Assembly: GCF_006345805.1 (NCBI RefSeq)
Contig: NW_021834577.1
Location: forward strand, 1-47,617
Direction of reading: 5' to 3'
From: Octopus sinensis
Lineage: Eukaryota
Length of the DNA: 47,617 bases
Shown: one piece after another, positions 47,517-47,617 of the stretch
Layout: the number at the start of each line of letters is the position of its first letter
Position numbering within the stretch: position 1 is the first letter of the stretch
Notes under the pieces: model-generated
The model's input: only the letters and a program-made list of their open reading frames with translations
Told to the model about the DNA's origin: nothing
Databases searched by the model: none
Translations under genes and position numbers: made by a program

Positions 47517-47617
47517 TATTCATATATATGTGTGTGTGCGTGAGTGTATGTGTGTGTGTTTGTATATATAAATCCTGATTAAATATTTTGAAATGTCTTT
47601 GTATTTGGGGTTAAAAT

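Overview
AT-rich, microsatellite-dense animal genomic DNA with no host gene I can support. It is most likely Octopus or another coleoid cephalopod, judged only from recognising the SINE families. Almost every ORF in the supplied track is a microsatellite or SINE artefact. The window is a transposon graveyard: four tRNA-derived SINE families, fossils of RTE, R4-like, CR1-like and Tx1-like LINEs, and two Tc1/mariner fossils. The main discovery is an ORF-less tandem array of ~600-bp units (26426-31438, 8 full units plus a partial one, bounded by (TA)n). Each full unit carries a type I hammerhead ribozyme fold on the minus strand: stem I UCUACG/CGUGGA, core CUGAAGA, an 83-nt stem II, GAAAC, a palindromic GUAC loop and a GUC cleavage triplet. 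This is the architecture of a retrozyme or Penelope-like terminal repeat. A diverged relative (39441-40180, ~571-bp period) has a hammerhead with a compensatory U3-A8 core. Two further unrelated hammerhead-like motifs occur at ~42.7/43.9 kb (tips of a 1.3-kb foldback) and at 44.35 kb. Other oddities are a Tx1-like LINE flanked by a 168-bp direct duplication, a 250-bp spacerless palindrome and a perfect 100-bp hairpin. All folds were worked out by eye. No database search or folding program was run, and several structures could be long-read assembly artefacts.
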